Origin: Candidatus Dojkabacteria bacterium
Lineage (GTDB): Bacteria > Patescibacteriota > Dojkabacteria > B142 > OLB20
DNA length: 64,000 bases
Assembly (NCBI GenBank): GCA_046753765.1
Contig: JBHHUN010000001.1
Location: 12,141 to 76,140 of the forward strand
Direction: 5' to 3'
The notes under the pieces were generated by a model. That model ran no database searches. It had not been told where the DNA came from and saw only the letters and a program-made list of their open reading frames with translations. This document shows, one piece after another, positions 1-9,700 of the stretch (positions are counted from its first letter, which is position 1; each line of letters starts with the position of its first letter). A program made the position numbers and the translations under genes.

Positions 1-1
1 T

Positions 2-283
2 CAGCCTGTAGTTGGACTTGGAGCCTTAAGCTTCTTTGCTTCAGTCGTAGCGGTAGAGTTAATTGTACGGTTGGGTACTTTTATTTCAGCCGAGAGCCAT
101 ATGCTTAAATCATTTCTTGTTTTTGTTGGAGCGTTAGTGATATATCACTTGCTGTCGCTGCTTTTCGGATACCACAATATTCAGCTTGACGCAGCGGTCA
201 TCTTTGTGAACCTGCTGGTATTCCTGGTAGTTATGTTAATCTACGGTAAACTAAAGCAACCGGAAAATGCATTTAAAACCTAG
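2..283 (+). CDS. 3' part of a polytopic membrane protein, possibly rod-shape protein MreD (5' end lies outside the window)
   Basis: Frame 2 is open from the window edge to TAA at 281-283. Hydrophobic helices are present (FLVFVGALVIYHLLSLLFG, AVIFVNLLVFLVVMLIYG). It sits directly upstream of PBP2 and overlaps it, as mreD does in mreBCD-mrdA clusters. No diagnostic motif, so the assignment is positional. Confidence 0.35.
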   Translation, partial: QPVVGLGALSFFASVVAVELIVRLGTFISAESHMLKSFLVFVGALVIYHLLSLLFGYHNIQLDAAVIFVNLLVFLVVMLIYGKLKQPENAFKT

Positions 284-2168
284 CCGCCAGCGCAACCGTA
301 TCGATTTTCTTTCCGTATCAGAGTCAAACTCTAGAAGTGGGATTGGTGGTTTTAACTGGAGGTTTGTCTCAGTGTACATACTCACAATTCTTGTCTTCAG
401 CTTTCTTTTTTATAATCTCTTTGACCTACAGATAATTGAAGGCAGCCAGAATCTGTTAATTGCCAGCAGAATCAACCAGATCAGTAGCAGGGTTCTTCCG
501 CCACGTGGGCTGATATTTGATACTCAGGGGCGTAAGCTTGCATATAACGTCCCGGCGTATTCTTTGTACGTCAATACATATGAGCTTGATAGCGAACAGG
601 AGGAGGGGCTCATAACAAAGGTAGCAGGTGTAATGAATGTGAATGCGAAACAGCTTACGAAAACATTCAGGTCAAAAGTATATAAAGATGGAGAGAGGAT
701 CTTGGCAAACAGGATTACGCTTAATGCAGATTTAAGGTTTGACCAGTATCTTGGTTTAGTGACCGTTCTTGACGAGCTGCCGGGTTTCAAGATAAATGTT
801 GAGCCAATAAGAAGATACGTCGACAGTAATTACTTCGCTCACCTGATCGGGTACGTTGGGGACCCCACACAAAGTGATGTTGAAAACGGCACTTATTCTG
901 AGTCGCAGATCGGTAAGGTTGGTATAGAGCTTTACTATGACGATGTTCTTAGAGGTGTAGAAGGAATCGAGGTAACTGAACAGGGCATCCTGGATAGTAG
1001 AGAAAGAGTGTATACACCCCAAGAGGCAAAATATGGTGACAATCTGTTTCTGACTGTCGACTCAAAGTGGCAGAAAAAGCTGACCAGTATAATGCGATCG
1101 CAACTGGACGAGGTCAAGGCCTTCGCAAGCTCAGGGGTAATAATGAACAGCGATACTGGTGAGATCAAAGCAATGGTGAGTATCCCCAGTTTCGACAACA
1201 ACCTGTTTGCAGGCGGTATTAGCGGAAAGGATTTTGCAAACCTGATTAATGATCCCAAAACACCACTGCTTAACAGAGCTATTGGTCTCCAGTTACCGCC
1301 GGGTTCGGTTTGGAAGGTGATAGGTGCAACGGCAGGTCTCGAAGAAGGTGTTATAACCGAACACACACGTTTTCTATCAGATCGGTGCCTGGAACTCCCG
1401 GGTGACGTTTTCTTCTGCGAGGCTGACAGTGGCTACATTGGTGAGGTAGACGTCAAAGAGGCAATAGCCCAATCAAGTAACATCTTTTTTTGTAAGGTTG
1501 CTCTTGAGCTGAACTCAGAGAGAAAAGGCATAAGAACTCTTATTGACTATGCTGAGCGCTACGGACTGGGGCAGACTACAGGTGTTGATCTGCCTGCTGA
1601 ACAGAAAGGAACAATGGCGTCCCCGGAGCTTAAGAATAAACTCTGGAATGAGCCTTGGTATCTTGGGGACGAGTGCAACACAATAATTGGGCAGGGGCTT
1701 GTTACGGTCACGCCAATCCAGATGGTAGTCGTTGCATCAGCGATCAACAATGGGGGGAAAGTAATCGAACCACACCTCCTCTCTAGGGTTGAGGACCAGT
1801 CAGGGAAGGTGGTTCTTGAGAAGGAAAAAAGTGTCGTTCGGAACCTTAACGTATCTGCAAATACGCTCCGGATAATTAAGGAGGGAATGCGTAGCTCTGC
1901 ACTTCATGGTACTGCGCAGAGTCTTGGAGGGCTTCCTGGAAACGTAGTTGCTAAAACGGGGTCATCAGATGCAGGTGAGTATATTCAGGGGAAGTATTAC
2001 GCGGGGGCCCACTCCTGGGTGATCGGTTGTTTCGACTATAACGGTGAGAATTTCTGTTTTATCACAATGCAGCAATGGGGTGGTCGCGGATACAAAACTG
2101 TACCAATTATGAAAAAATTCATAAATTGTCTTTACAATGACTTCCGAGGCAACTGTGAAAATATATGA
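267..2168 (+). CDS. mrdA: Penicillin-binding protein 2 (peptidoglycan D,D-transpeptidase)
   Basis: N-terminal TM helix (FVSVYILTILVFSFLFYNLF). All three transpeptidase motifs are present: SxxK (GSVWK), SxN (SSN) and KTG (VAKTGSS). The 633 aa length fits class B PBPs. It follows the mreD-like ORF. Confidence 0.8.
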   Translation: MHLKPSRQRNRIDFLSVSESNSRSGIGGFNWRFVSVYILTILVFSFLFYNLFDLQIIEGSQNLLIASRINQISSRVLPPRGLIFDTQGRKLAYNVPAYSLYVNTYELDSEQEEGLITKVAGVMNVNAKQLTKTFRSKVYKDGERILANRITLNADLRFDQYLGLVTVLDELPGFKINVEPIRRYVDSNYFAHLIGYVGDPTQSDVENGTYSESQIGKVGIELYYDDVLRGVEGIEVTEQGILDSRERVYTPQEAKYGDNLFLTVDSKWQKKLTSIMRSQLDEVKAFASSGVIMNSDTGEIKAMVSIPSFDNNLFAGGISGKDFANLINDPKTPLLNRAIGLQLPPGSVWKVIGATAGLEEGVITEHTRFLSDRCLELPGDVFFCEADSGYIGEVDVKEAIAQSSNIFFCKVALELNSERKGIRTLIDYAERYGLGQTTGVDLPAEQKGTMASPELKNKLWNEPWYLGDECNTIIGQGLVTVTPIQMVVVASAINNGGKVIEPHLLSRVEDQSGKVVLEKEKSVVRNLNVSANTLRIIKEGMRSSALHGTAQSLGGLPGNVVAKTGSSDAGEYIQGKYYAGAHSWVIGCFDYNGENFCFITMQQWGGRGYKTVPIMKKFINCLYNDFRGNCENI

Positions 2169-3214
2169 CCAGAAAAGAGAAGATTCTTCGCTTACAGCTA
2201 TCGCAAGTTGCCGGCATAGGGCCGGCTACATTCGTTAAGGTGCTCGAAAAGTTCGGCACCGTATCATCTTTCCTTGAGTGTGATTCCAGAGTAAAGAGTA
2301 AAATTATGCGAAATTGTCGTCTGTCGGGTAGTCTGGTGGGTTACGATTTTGATACGAGCGATTTTCTTGTTCTCGGTGAGCAGAACTACCCACATTTGCT
2401 CTCACAAATGAACGACCCACCGCCAGTAATTTTTAAATCCGGGAGTATTTCGGATCTTAATAACTGCAACTTTTTGAGTATAGTCGGTACCAGAAAACCG
2501 AGTGACTATGGAAATGAAATGGCGAGACAGATTACAACCCGTGCTGTCGAAAAAGGGTTCGTGGTTGTGAGTGGACTCGCGCTTGGTATAGATTCGGTTG
2601 CTCACAGGGCGGCCCTTGAGGCTGGGGGAGAGACGGTGGCAATACTCGGAACGGGAATAAGAAATGTGTATCCCAGAACCAATATTCCTCTTGCCAGCAA
2701 AGTCAAGAATAAGGGGCTCTTACTATCAGAGTTTCATAATCCACCCGATACCCAGAAACACCTTTTTCCAAGGCGAAACAGAATTATCGCTGGTATATCA
2801 ACGGCGACAATCGTCGTAGAAGCCCCTGAAAAAAGTGGGGCACTTATAACTGCAGACTTTGCATTTAACTACAATCGTTTTGTTTACGCTGTTCCTTCAA
2901 ATGCCAGCTCTTTTAGGGGAAGGGGCGGAAATAAGTTGATCCAGAGCAACAAAGCGAAGTTGTTCACGTCCATTGAAGATATCTTGGTTGACCTATCTCC
3001 AACCCTGACGGGTGACAGCCGACAATTGGATGAAAACCATGAAGACCCTCTTGTCACTGTTTTATGCTCAGGCGCCTCGAACTTTGATGAAATTTTAAAA
3101 TCTGTTAATATGACAGCTGCAAAGCTCAGGCAAAGCCTTACAGATCTTGAACTTAGGGGTGTAATTGCCAAAGACGTACTAGGTAACTATACTGTCCTGA
3201 CCACAAAATCATGA
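2165..3214 (+). CDS. dprA: DNA processing protein DprA (Smf)
   Basis: Rossmann-like DprA core (GLALGIDSVAHRAALEAGGETVAILGTGI...YP) and a C-terminal winged-helix-like tail. ATGA overlap with the PBP2 stop. Confidence 0.8.
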   Translation: MTRKEKILRLQLSQVAGIGPATFVKVLEKFGTVSSFLECDSRVKSKIMRNCRLSGSLVGYDFDTSDFLVLGEQNYPHLLSQMNDPPPVIFKSGSISDLNNCNFLSIVGTRKPSDYGNEMARQITTRAVEKGFVVVSGLALGIDSVAHRAALEAGGETVAILGTGIRNVYPRTNIPLASKVKNKGLLLSEFHNPPDTQKHLFPRRNRIIAGISTATIVVEAPEKSGALITADFAFNYNRFVYAVPSNASSFRGRGGNKLIQSNKAKLFTSIEDILVDLSPTLTGDSRQLDENHEDPLVTVLCSGASNFDEILKSVNMTAAKLRQSLTDLELRGVIAKDVLGNYTVLTTKS

Positions 3215-5451
3215 AATTAGTAATAGTCGAATCGCCTTCCAAGGCAAAAACAATCGAAAAGTATCTGGGGAAAGACTATAAGGTGATGGCCTCAAAGGGA
3301 CATATTGTAGACTTGCCCAAATCAGAGATAGGGATTAATGTGGACAATAAGTTCAAACCGACTTATGTAGTTACTAAAGAAGCATCTCTTAAGAAGCTTA
3401 AGGCTGCATTTAAAGATGCGGACGAGCTTGTACTGGCAGTTGATCCGGACAGGGAAGGAGAGGCAATTGGTTGGCATGTGGCACGTGAGCTTAAATTATT
3501 AAACGAGAAGGGGGATACTGTAAGGAGAGGCCGAAAGCTCAAAAGGATAGTCTTTACAGAGATAACAGAAGAAGCTGTTAGGCACGCAATCGCTAACCCC
3601 AGAGAGATAAACCTTAACTTAGTGAATGCACAGCAGGCCAGAAGAATCCTTGACAGACTTGTCGGGTACAAGCTTTCGCCTTTGCTTTGGAAGAAGATAC
3701 GGTTTGGTCTTTCGGCCGGGCGTGTTCAGTCTGTTGCTGTTAAATTGATCGTTGATAGAGAGCGTGAGCGTGATTTATTTAAGGCAGACGAGTATTGGGA
3801 TATTACTGCATTTCTGTCTCAAAGTGATGGAAAAGGCAGAGTCAAAGAGATAGTTAGAAAGGGCGAAGAGGAAAAGCCTGAATTTGATGCAAAGCTACTG
3901 CCATTTTTGCTTACAAAGATCAATGCAAAAAAGGCTGAGGTTGGTAACCATAAGGCTGTAGAGGGTATTTTTGCAAAACTTCGTGGACAGAAATGGATTA
4001 TTGATGGTATTGAGAGCAAAGAGGTGAAGCGTTCTCCAAAGCCACCATTCACAACGAGCACCCTACAGCAGGCGGCAGCGAACCGCTTTGGGATGACTGC
4101 GAGACAAACAATGAGTCTTGCACAGAAACTTTACGAATCCGGGCTTATAACTTACATGAGAACCGATTCGGTTACTTTGTCTAAAGCGGCCATCAATGAC
4201 GCAAGGAAGTACATCGGCAGCAAATTTGGTGACAAATTCATGCCTGGGCAACCAAGAGCGTATAAAACGAAATCAAAAGCCAGTCAGGAGGCACACGAGG
4301 CTGTTAGGCCGACCAACTTCAAGAAGCAGCCTGGAGAGTTCAAGCTTGAAGCCAAACAGGCAAAGATATACAAATTAATCTGGCAGCGTGCTCTGGCCTC
4401 ACAGATGGAAAACGCTAAACTAGAAAGCTCGGTTGTGAAGATAAAGATAGCGGAATATCTTTTTCAGTTGAATGGTCAGAAAATCCTGTTTCCGGGATTC
4501 CTTAAGGTGTACTCAGAAAAGGTGAGCGAGACTATTCTGCCATCCCTTAAAGAGGGACAGGAGCTTTATGCGAACACGGTCTTTGGTGACCAGCACTTCA
4601 CAAAACCTCCAGCAAGGTACTCAGAAGCGTCTCTTATTAAAGCACTCGAGGCAGCTGGTATCGGACGACCATCTACCTACGCCCCGATTATCTCAACAAT
4701 AATGACACGAAAATATGTTGAAAAAGATGGTCGCTACTTCTTCCCGACAGACACAGGAATAGTAGTTACAAAACTCCTTGAGACGCACTTTGAGGACATC
4801 GTTGATACCGATTTCACTGCAGAAATGGAAACGAGCCTTGATAAGATCGCCAGTGGAGAGCAGGATTGGGTGAAAATGCTTAGTGATTTCTACAAGCCAT
4901 TTATCAAAAACCTCGAAAAGAAAGATAAAGAGATAAAAAGGGAAGACTTCACAAAACTTGGTGACAGCGATAAAAAGTGTCCCCTCTGTAAAAAACCAAT
5001 GATAATCAAGCTGGGACGGTATGGTAGATTTTTAAGTTGTAGCGATTTTCCAGACTGCAAGGGAATGACATCAATGGATGGAAAAACTGAGGAAGATATC
5101 GCTCATGAGGCGCATACAGAGAAGTTCCTTGCGATTTATGCTCCTGCTCCCAAGACTGATGATGATAGGGATTATATCCTGAAGATTGGAAGATATGGAA
5201 AGTTCTTTGCTCATCCTGACTATCCGAAAGTTAAGGATGCTCGTCCACTTGAATACAACACAAAAATATTCAAAAAGGTCTATGGAACAGCACCCAAAGC
5301 AAAAGATGGAACTAAAATGATACTGCGGCGCGGACGTTTCGGTGAGTTTTGGGCCCATCCCGACTATCCTGACAAGAAGGAAGTTGTAAGAATTAACAAG
5401 AAAGAGATTGCAGCAAAAAAAGAGGAATTGGGAATCGCTTCTACTAACTAA
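3211..5451 (+). CDS. topA: DNA topoisomerase I
   Basis: Toprim N-terminus (MKLVIVESPSKAKTIEKYLG). Active-site Tyr context (GLITYMRTDS). C-terminal Cys4 zinc ribbons (CPLCKKPM...CSDFPDCKG). ATGA overlap with dprA. Confidence 0.9.
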   Translation: MKLVIVESPSKAKTIEKYLGKDYKVMASKGHIVDLPKSEIGINVDNKFKPTYVVTKEASLKKLKAAFKDADELVLAVDPDREGEAIGWHVARELKLLNEKGDTVRRGRKLKRIVFTEITEEAVRHAIANPREINLNLVNAQQARRILDRLVGYKLSPLLWKKIRFGLSAGRVQSVAVKLIVDRERERDLFKADEYWDITAFLSQSDGKGRVKEIVRKGEEEKPEFDAKLLPFLLTKINAKKAEVGNHKAVEGIFAKLRGQKWIIDGIESKEVKRSPKPPFTTSTLQQAAANRFGMTARQTMSLAQKLYESGLITYMRTDSVTLSKAAINDARKYIGSKFGDKFMPGQPRAYKTKSKASQEAHEAVRPTNFKKQPGEFKLEAKQAKIYKLIWQRALASQMENAKLESSVVKIKIAEYLFQLNGQKILFPGFLKVYSEKVSETILPSLKEGQELYANTVFGDQHFTKPPARYSEASLIKALEAAGIGRPSTYAPIISTIMTRKYVEKDGRYFFPTDTGIVVTKLLETHFEDIVDTDFTAEMETSLDKIASGEQDWVKMLSDFYKPFIKNLEKKDKEIKREDFTKLGDSDKKCPLCKKPMIIKLGRYGRFLSCSDFPDCKGMTSMDGKTEEDIAHEAHTEKFLAIYAPAPKTDDDRDYILKIGRYGKFFAHPDYPKVKDARPLEYNTKIFKKVYGTAPKAKDGTKMILRRGRFGEFWAHPDYPDKKEVVRINKKEIAAKKEELGIASTN

Positions 5452-5465
5452 ACACTTGCTTAGTG

Positions 5466-5474
5466 TGCTATAAT
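5466..5474 (+). promoter_or_regulatory. Extended -10 promoter element TGcTATAAT upstream of rpsB
   Basis: TG at 5466-5467 followed by TATAAT at 5469-5474, about 100 nt upstream of the rpsB ATG. The -35 is weak (aactaa). Confidence 0.35.
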
Positions 5475-5571
5475 CATTCCAAATTCACACACCCCTTTAA
5501 TTTATATTCCTTGTCACTTGAGGCATATGTCAAAGTGATCACAGGGGTGGAGGCGGAAAGGAGTAACAAGT

Positions 5572-6588
5572 ATGGCTACAACAAAAAAGACCGCTGCGTC
5601 TTCGAAAAAAGCAGCAAAGGCAGCGACTAAAGCTACCCCAAAAAGTTCTACCGTTAAGATGCCCGAAGTTCAGGAGTTCCTCAAAGCGGGGGTTCAGTTT
5701 GGACATCAATCTAAGAAATGGAACCCTAAGATGAAGAAGTTCATCTTCACAAAAAGGGATCAGATTCATATCATTGATATCTCGAAAACCCTCCCTGCAC
5801 TTGAGAAGGCGCTGATCTTCTTGCAACAGGTTGCCGAGAAAGGCAGTGTACTTTTCGTTGGAACCAAAAGACAGGCGGCAGAAATTACAAGGGAGCTTGC
5901 AATTGATGCTGGTGCTTTTTACATCAATCACAGGTGGCCTGGAGGACTACTGACTAACTTCAATATGCTTAAGAAAAGTTTAAAGGTCTTTAATGAACTT
6001 GAGGCCGAATTTGAGAGTGGGATTGAAGACCGTACAAAATTTGAGGTCTCACAGATGAAGAAGGAATGGGAAAAGATGAGCAGGCTCTATGAGGGGATCA
6101 AATCGATGGTTGACTTCCCAAAGGCTATTGTCGTTGTTGATACAAAATACGAGAGAAACACAATCAGAGAGGCAAAAAGTAAAGGAATTCCTGTTATTGG
6201 AATGGTCGACACAAATAGTGATCCGGCCAATATCGACTACCCGATCCCCGCCAATGACGATGCAGTCAGGTCTCTTAGATTGATACTTGGACTGTTGGCA
6301 GAAGCCGTTAAAAAGGGAAACAAGGGTAATGGGGTGAAGCACAAACTCAAAGATTATTCCAAGTTTGAAGTTAAACTGATTAAGACTGAAGTCAAGGCAG
6401 AAGACAAGGTTGAGATTGAAGTGGAATCGAGACCAGAACCGAAGGTGGTTAAACCAATTAAAGTTGTACCGACCGAAAGAAAGAAAGCGAAATCAACTGA
6501 AGGGAAGGGGCTTCTGGAACAAATGCAGGAAGAATCAGAAACCGCAAAAAGAAAAAAGGCTAAAAAGGTGAGAAGGGTAAAAAAATAG
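5572..6588 (+). CDS. rpsB: 30S ribosomal protein S2 with a roughly 90-aa Lys-rich C-terminal extension
   Basis: S2 core (FLKAGVQFGHQSKKWNPKMKKFIF...IHIIDISKT). AAGGAG Shine-Dalgarno 9 nt upstream. The C-terminal 90 aa are K/E-rich and have no counterpart in E. coli S2. Confidence 0.9.
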   Translation: MATTKKTAASSKKAAKAATKATPKSSTVKMPEVQEFLKAGVQFGHQSKKWNPKMKKFIFTKRDQIHIIDISKTLPALEKALIFLQQVAEKGSVLFVGTKRQAAEITRELAIDAGAFYINHRWPGGLLTNFNMLKKSLKVFNELEAEFESGIEDRTKFEVSQMKKEWEKMSRLYEGIKSMVDFPKAIVVVDTKYERNTIREAKSKGIPVIGMVDTNSDPANIDYPIPANDDAVRSLRLILGLLAEAVKKGNKGNGVKHKLKDYSKFEVKLIKTEVKAEDKVEIEVESRPEPKVVKPIKVVPTERKKAKSTEGKGLLEQMQEESETAKRKKAKKVRRVKK

Positions 6589-6619
6589 GCTAAAATACTT
6601 TTTATTATTAGGTTACAAA

Positions 6620-7231
6620 ATGAAGATTACATTAGATCAGATCAAAGAGCTCCGTACTAGAACAGGTGCTGGCGTCACGGCAGTTAAGCAGGCGCTCGAA
6701 GAGAGCAAGGGTGACACAGAAAAAGCCATAGCATCACTTCGTGAGAAGGGTATTGCAAAGGCTGCTAAAAGGGCAGATAAGCGTGCCAACAACGGTTTTA
6801 TTGCTCACTATATCCATGGAAATGGAAGCATGGGGGTTCTGCTTGAGCTAAATTCCGAAACAGACTTTGCAGCACGTAGTGAAGAGTTTCAAGAGTTGGC
6901 CAGGGAATTAGCAGTTCATGTTGCCGCTATGGATCCCGAGTACATAGCCATTGAGCACGTACCTCCTGAGGTTATTGAAAAAGAGGTTGAAATTGCTAAG
7001 AAAAGCGTTGATAAGGGCAAGCCAGATGAGGTTGTCAACAAGATCGTGGAAGGCAAGCTTGAGAAATTCTATAAAGAAGTCGTGCTACTCGAACAGGCAT
7101 ACGTTAAAGACGATAGTAAGCAGGTCAAAGATCTTTTAAACGAGGCTTTGGCAGCTATCGGTGAAAAGATTGAAGTCGGCAGGTTCTGTAGATTTAAGAT
7201 TGCAGGATCAGCAACAGCTTGTAACCTTTAA
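6620..7231 (+). CDS. tsf: Elongation factor Ts
   Basis: N-terminal UBA-like EF-Ts signature (IKELRTRTGAGVTAVKQALEES...EKAIASLREKG). Canonical rpsB-tsf-frr order. Confidence 0.9.
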   Translation: MKITLDQIKELRTRTGAGVTAVKQALEESKGDTEKAIASLREKGIAKAAKRADKRANNGFIAHYIHGNGSMGVLLELNSETDFAARSEEFQELARELAVHVAAMDPEYIAIEHVPPEVIEKEVEIAKKSVDKGKPDEVVNKIVEGKLEKFYKEVVLLEQAYVKDDSKQVKDLLNEALAAIGEKIEVGRFCRFKIAGSATACNL

Positions 7232-7233
7232 GC

Positions 7234-7788
7234 ATGAGTATACCTTTCGACAAAGCAGAATCGAAGTTTAAGGAGGTCGTTGAATTTCTAGGCTCCGAAC
7301 TTGTAGGAATGCGTGCAGGGAGAGCAAGTCCTGCCCTTGTTGAGAATATCCAGGTAGAAGCATACAGTCAGAAGATGCCGTTAAATCAGCTGGCAAACAT
7401 CATTGTTGTCGATGCCACGCTTATCACAGTAAAGCCTTGGGATAAGGCTACAATCGATGCTATAGAGAAGGCTCTCAAAGCGGCTGATCTTGGTATCAAA
7501 GTCCAGGCTGACGGCGAGCAATTAAGGTTACCAATCCCCCCGCTTACTGAGGAGCGCAGACAGGAATACGTAAAACTCATGAAAACGAAGCTTGAAGAGT
7601 CCAGAATTGCTATAAGACAGATAAGAAAAGATGTCCTTGACGGGCTTGAAGCAGACCAGGATAGAAAACTCATTACTGAAGACGATCACACAAGGCTTGA
7701 AAAAGAGTTACAGGGTCTTGTTGACAAGTATAACGACCAAATCAAAGAGATCGGAAAAGATAAGGAGGCAGAATTACTCGAAGTTTAG
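7234..7788 (+). CDS. frr: Ribosome recycling factor
   Basis: RRF signature (RAGRASPALVENIQVEAYSQKMPLNQLANI). 184 aa. Follows tsf. Confidence 0.9.
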   Translation: MSIPFDKAESKFKEVVEFLGSELVGMRAGRASPALVENIQVEAYSQKMPLNQLANIIVVDATLITVKPWDKATIDAIEKALKAADLGIKVQADGEQLRLPIPPLTEERRQEYVKLMKTKLEESRIAIRQIRKDVLDGLEADQDRKLITEDDHTRLEKELQGLVDKYNDQIKEIGKDKEAELLEV

Positions 7789-7803
7789 TTAGGATTCAAA
7801 TAT

Positions 7804-9399
7804 ATGGAGTTTGTTCTCTCTATTGCCATTTTTTTTCTTCTACTTGGACTGCTCATATTCGTTCATGAGCTGGGACATTTTTTGGCTGCCAAATGGTCGG
7901 GGGTTGTTGTGCAGGAATTCGCATTCGGGTTTGGGCCCTTGCTTTTCGCCAAACGGTTTAAGGGTACTGAATACCAGTTAAGGCTCTTCCCGTTAGGAGG
8001 GTTCGTAAAAATGCTGGGCGACCAGGATGCTACCAGTTTCTCAAGATACACTGCAAAAAAGTATGCCCGGTCAGACAAGAGGTATGCGCTTAAAGTTCTT
8101 AAAGAGGCTGGAATTGATCCTGTAAAAGATCCTTTCAGCAAAGTTGAAAACTTTGTCAAAGATGCCGGGAAGGAGCTCGAAAAAGATGACTTCATCAAAC
8201 TCAATAACTATTACGCTTTTGAGTATATTCCGTCTCACCCTGGTAACTATGATAACAAGAGAACAAGAAGCAGAATAATTATCAACGTTGCGGGTGTTGT
8301 AATGAACTTCTTTTTGGGTGCGTTGATTTTTTACCTGCTGTTCCAGTTTACTAATTACACGTCTGACCTTATTAAAATAGGTACGCCACCTCTGATTGGC
8401 GTCGAAACGTCGTCTCCACCTGCAATATTTAAGGTCTATACCGAAAGCAATGCAGACCTTGAGGGCGGAGTAATACTTATGGCAAACGGTGAAACCGTGA
8501 CCTCAGAAGATGAGTTTATAGCGTTAGTTGAGGCGAATGAGAATCAATCGGTAGAGATTGAGGTGTTCACACAGAACGGGTACGTTAGGCGACCAGTTGT
8601 CTTAAGTGGTGACGGTGTACAGACTAACTTTGACTCCGATGTCAGGGACAAGATAATTGTGCTTAGCGTTCAGGATGATTCTGCTGCAAGCGCAGCAGGG
8701 TTAGAGGCAGACAGTGTGATCATTGCCTTTAATGGCGAAGAGCTTGAAACAACTGATCGCATGCTGGAGCTACTCGATAGCAATCGTGGACAGGAGGTTG
8801 AGCTTGGGTACTATGACTCCAATGGTGACCTGCAAACCGCTGTTACTCAGCTTCCTGATCCGGCCGAAGGTGAGCCAATCCTCGGTGCATCCCTGGCATC
8901 TAACGATCCGTTTTACAGGGGGGCAGTCAGGGTTTCGTATCAAAACAACAAGCTGCTCAGCGGCCTATTACATGCTTTAAATACAGGAGCTTACACACTT
9001 ACAGGACTTGGTGAGCTGATCGGGCAGTCAATTGCACAGCGTAGTCTACAGCCTGTCTCGCAAGGCGTGAGTAGTATCGTTGGTGTGGCTGATATTATTT
9101 ATTCGCTGGTTCAGATCGATGATTTTCTGAATATTCTAAACTTCACGGGGCTTATAAGTATCACCTTGGCTGTCATGAACATTTTGCCAATACCGTTGTT
9201 AGACGGTGGTAATCTAGTCTTCATTCTTCTTGAAAAATTCAGAGGCAGGCCACTTTCAGAGAAAAAACAGGAGATAATTTCCAGATACACATTCTACATT
9301 CTGATCGTCCTATTCCTGCTTGTAATAGTCAAAGACGTATTTCAGTTCGACTGGCCTGGCCGGATTCTGGGGCTTATCAGGGGTATATTTGGAGGCTAG
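7804..9399 (+). CDS. rseP: RseP-like site-2 protease (M50 zinc metalloprotease with PDZ domain)
   Basis: HExxH in the first TM (VHELGHFLAA). Second zinc motif near the C-terminus (NILPIPLLDGG). A PDZ-like segment lies between them. Multiple TM helices. Confidence 0.8.
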   Translation: MEFVLSIAIFFLLLGLLIFVHELGHFLAAKWSGVVVQEFAFGFGPLLFAKRFKGTEYQLRLFPLGGFVKMLGDQDATSFSRYTAKKYARSDKRYALKVLKEAGIDPVKDPFSKVENFVKDAGKELEKDDFIKLNNYYAFEYIPSHPGNYDNKRTRSRIIINVAGVVMNFFLGALIFYLLFQFTNYTSDLIKIGTPPLIGVETSSPPAIFKVYTESNADLEGGVILMANGETVTSEDEFIALVEANENQSVEIEVFTQNGYVRRPVVLSGDGVQTNFDSDVRDKIIVLSVQDDSAASAAGLEADSVIIAFNGEELETTDRMLELLDSNRGQEVELGYYDSNGDLQTAVTQLPDPAEGEPILGASLASNDPFYRGAVRVSYQNNKLLSGLLHALNTGAYTLTGLGELIGQSIAQRSLQPVSQGVSSIVGVADIIYSLVQIDDFLNILNFTGLISITLAVMNILPIPLLDGGNLVFILLEKFRGRPLSEKKQEIISRYTFYILIVLFLLVIVKDVFQFDWPGRILGLIRGIFGG

Positions 9400-9454
9400 T
9401 ATCTGATATAATTAATCTCTCACTTGATTTCTTCTAGAACGGAGGTGTTAGTAA

Positions 9455-9667
9455 ATGTCAGTTATCGTTCATGATGACATGCCCATAGATCAGGCACTCA
9501 AGATGCTCTGGCGTGAGGCAAATAGAGAAAATATACCAGTTGAATTGTTAAAGAACCGTTACAGGGTCAAACCTGCTTCTGCCCGTCACGAGTTCAAGAA
9601 GTACTGGGAAAAAACCAAAAGGCGCCGAAAATCTGCTAAACGCAGACGCATCAGAGCAGGTAAATAA
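9455..9667 (+). CDS. rpsU: 30S ribosomal protein S21
   Basis: 70 aa. Aligns to S21 (VIVHDDMPIDQALKMLWRE...RYRVKPASARHEFKK + basic tail). GGAGGTG Shine-Dalgarno upstream. Confidence 0.75.
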   Translation: MSVIVHDDMPIDQALKMLWREANRENIPVELLKNRYRVKPASARHEFKKYWEKTKRRRKSAKRRRIRAGK

Positions 9668-9700
9668 AGCTTACCAAATCAACCAATTTACGATTATAAG

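Noticed and set aside
71-283. The 70-aa ORF 71-283 as an independent small gene.
   Set aside because: The same frame is open back to the window edge (no stop from nt 2), so it is more likely the 3' end of a longer membrane-protein gene (MreD-like) starting upstream of the window.
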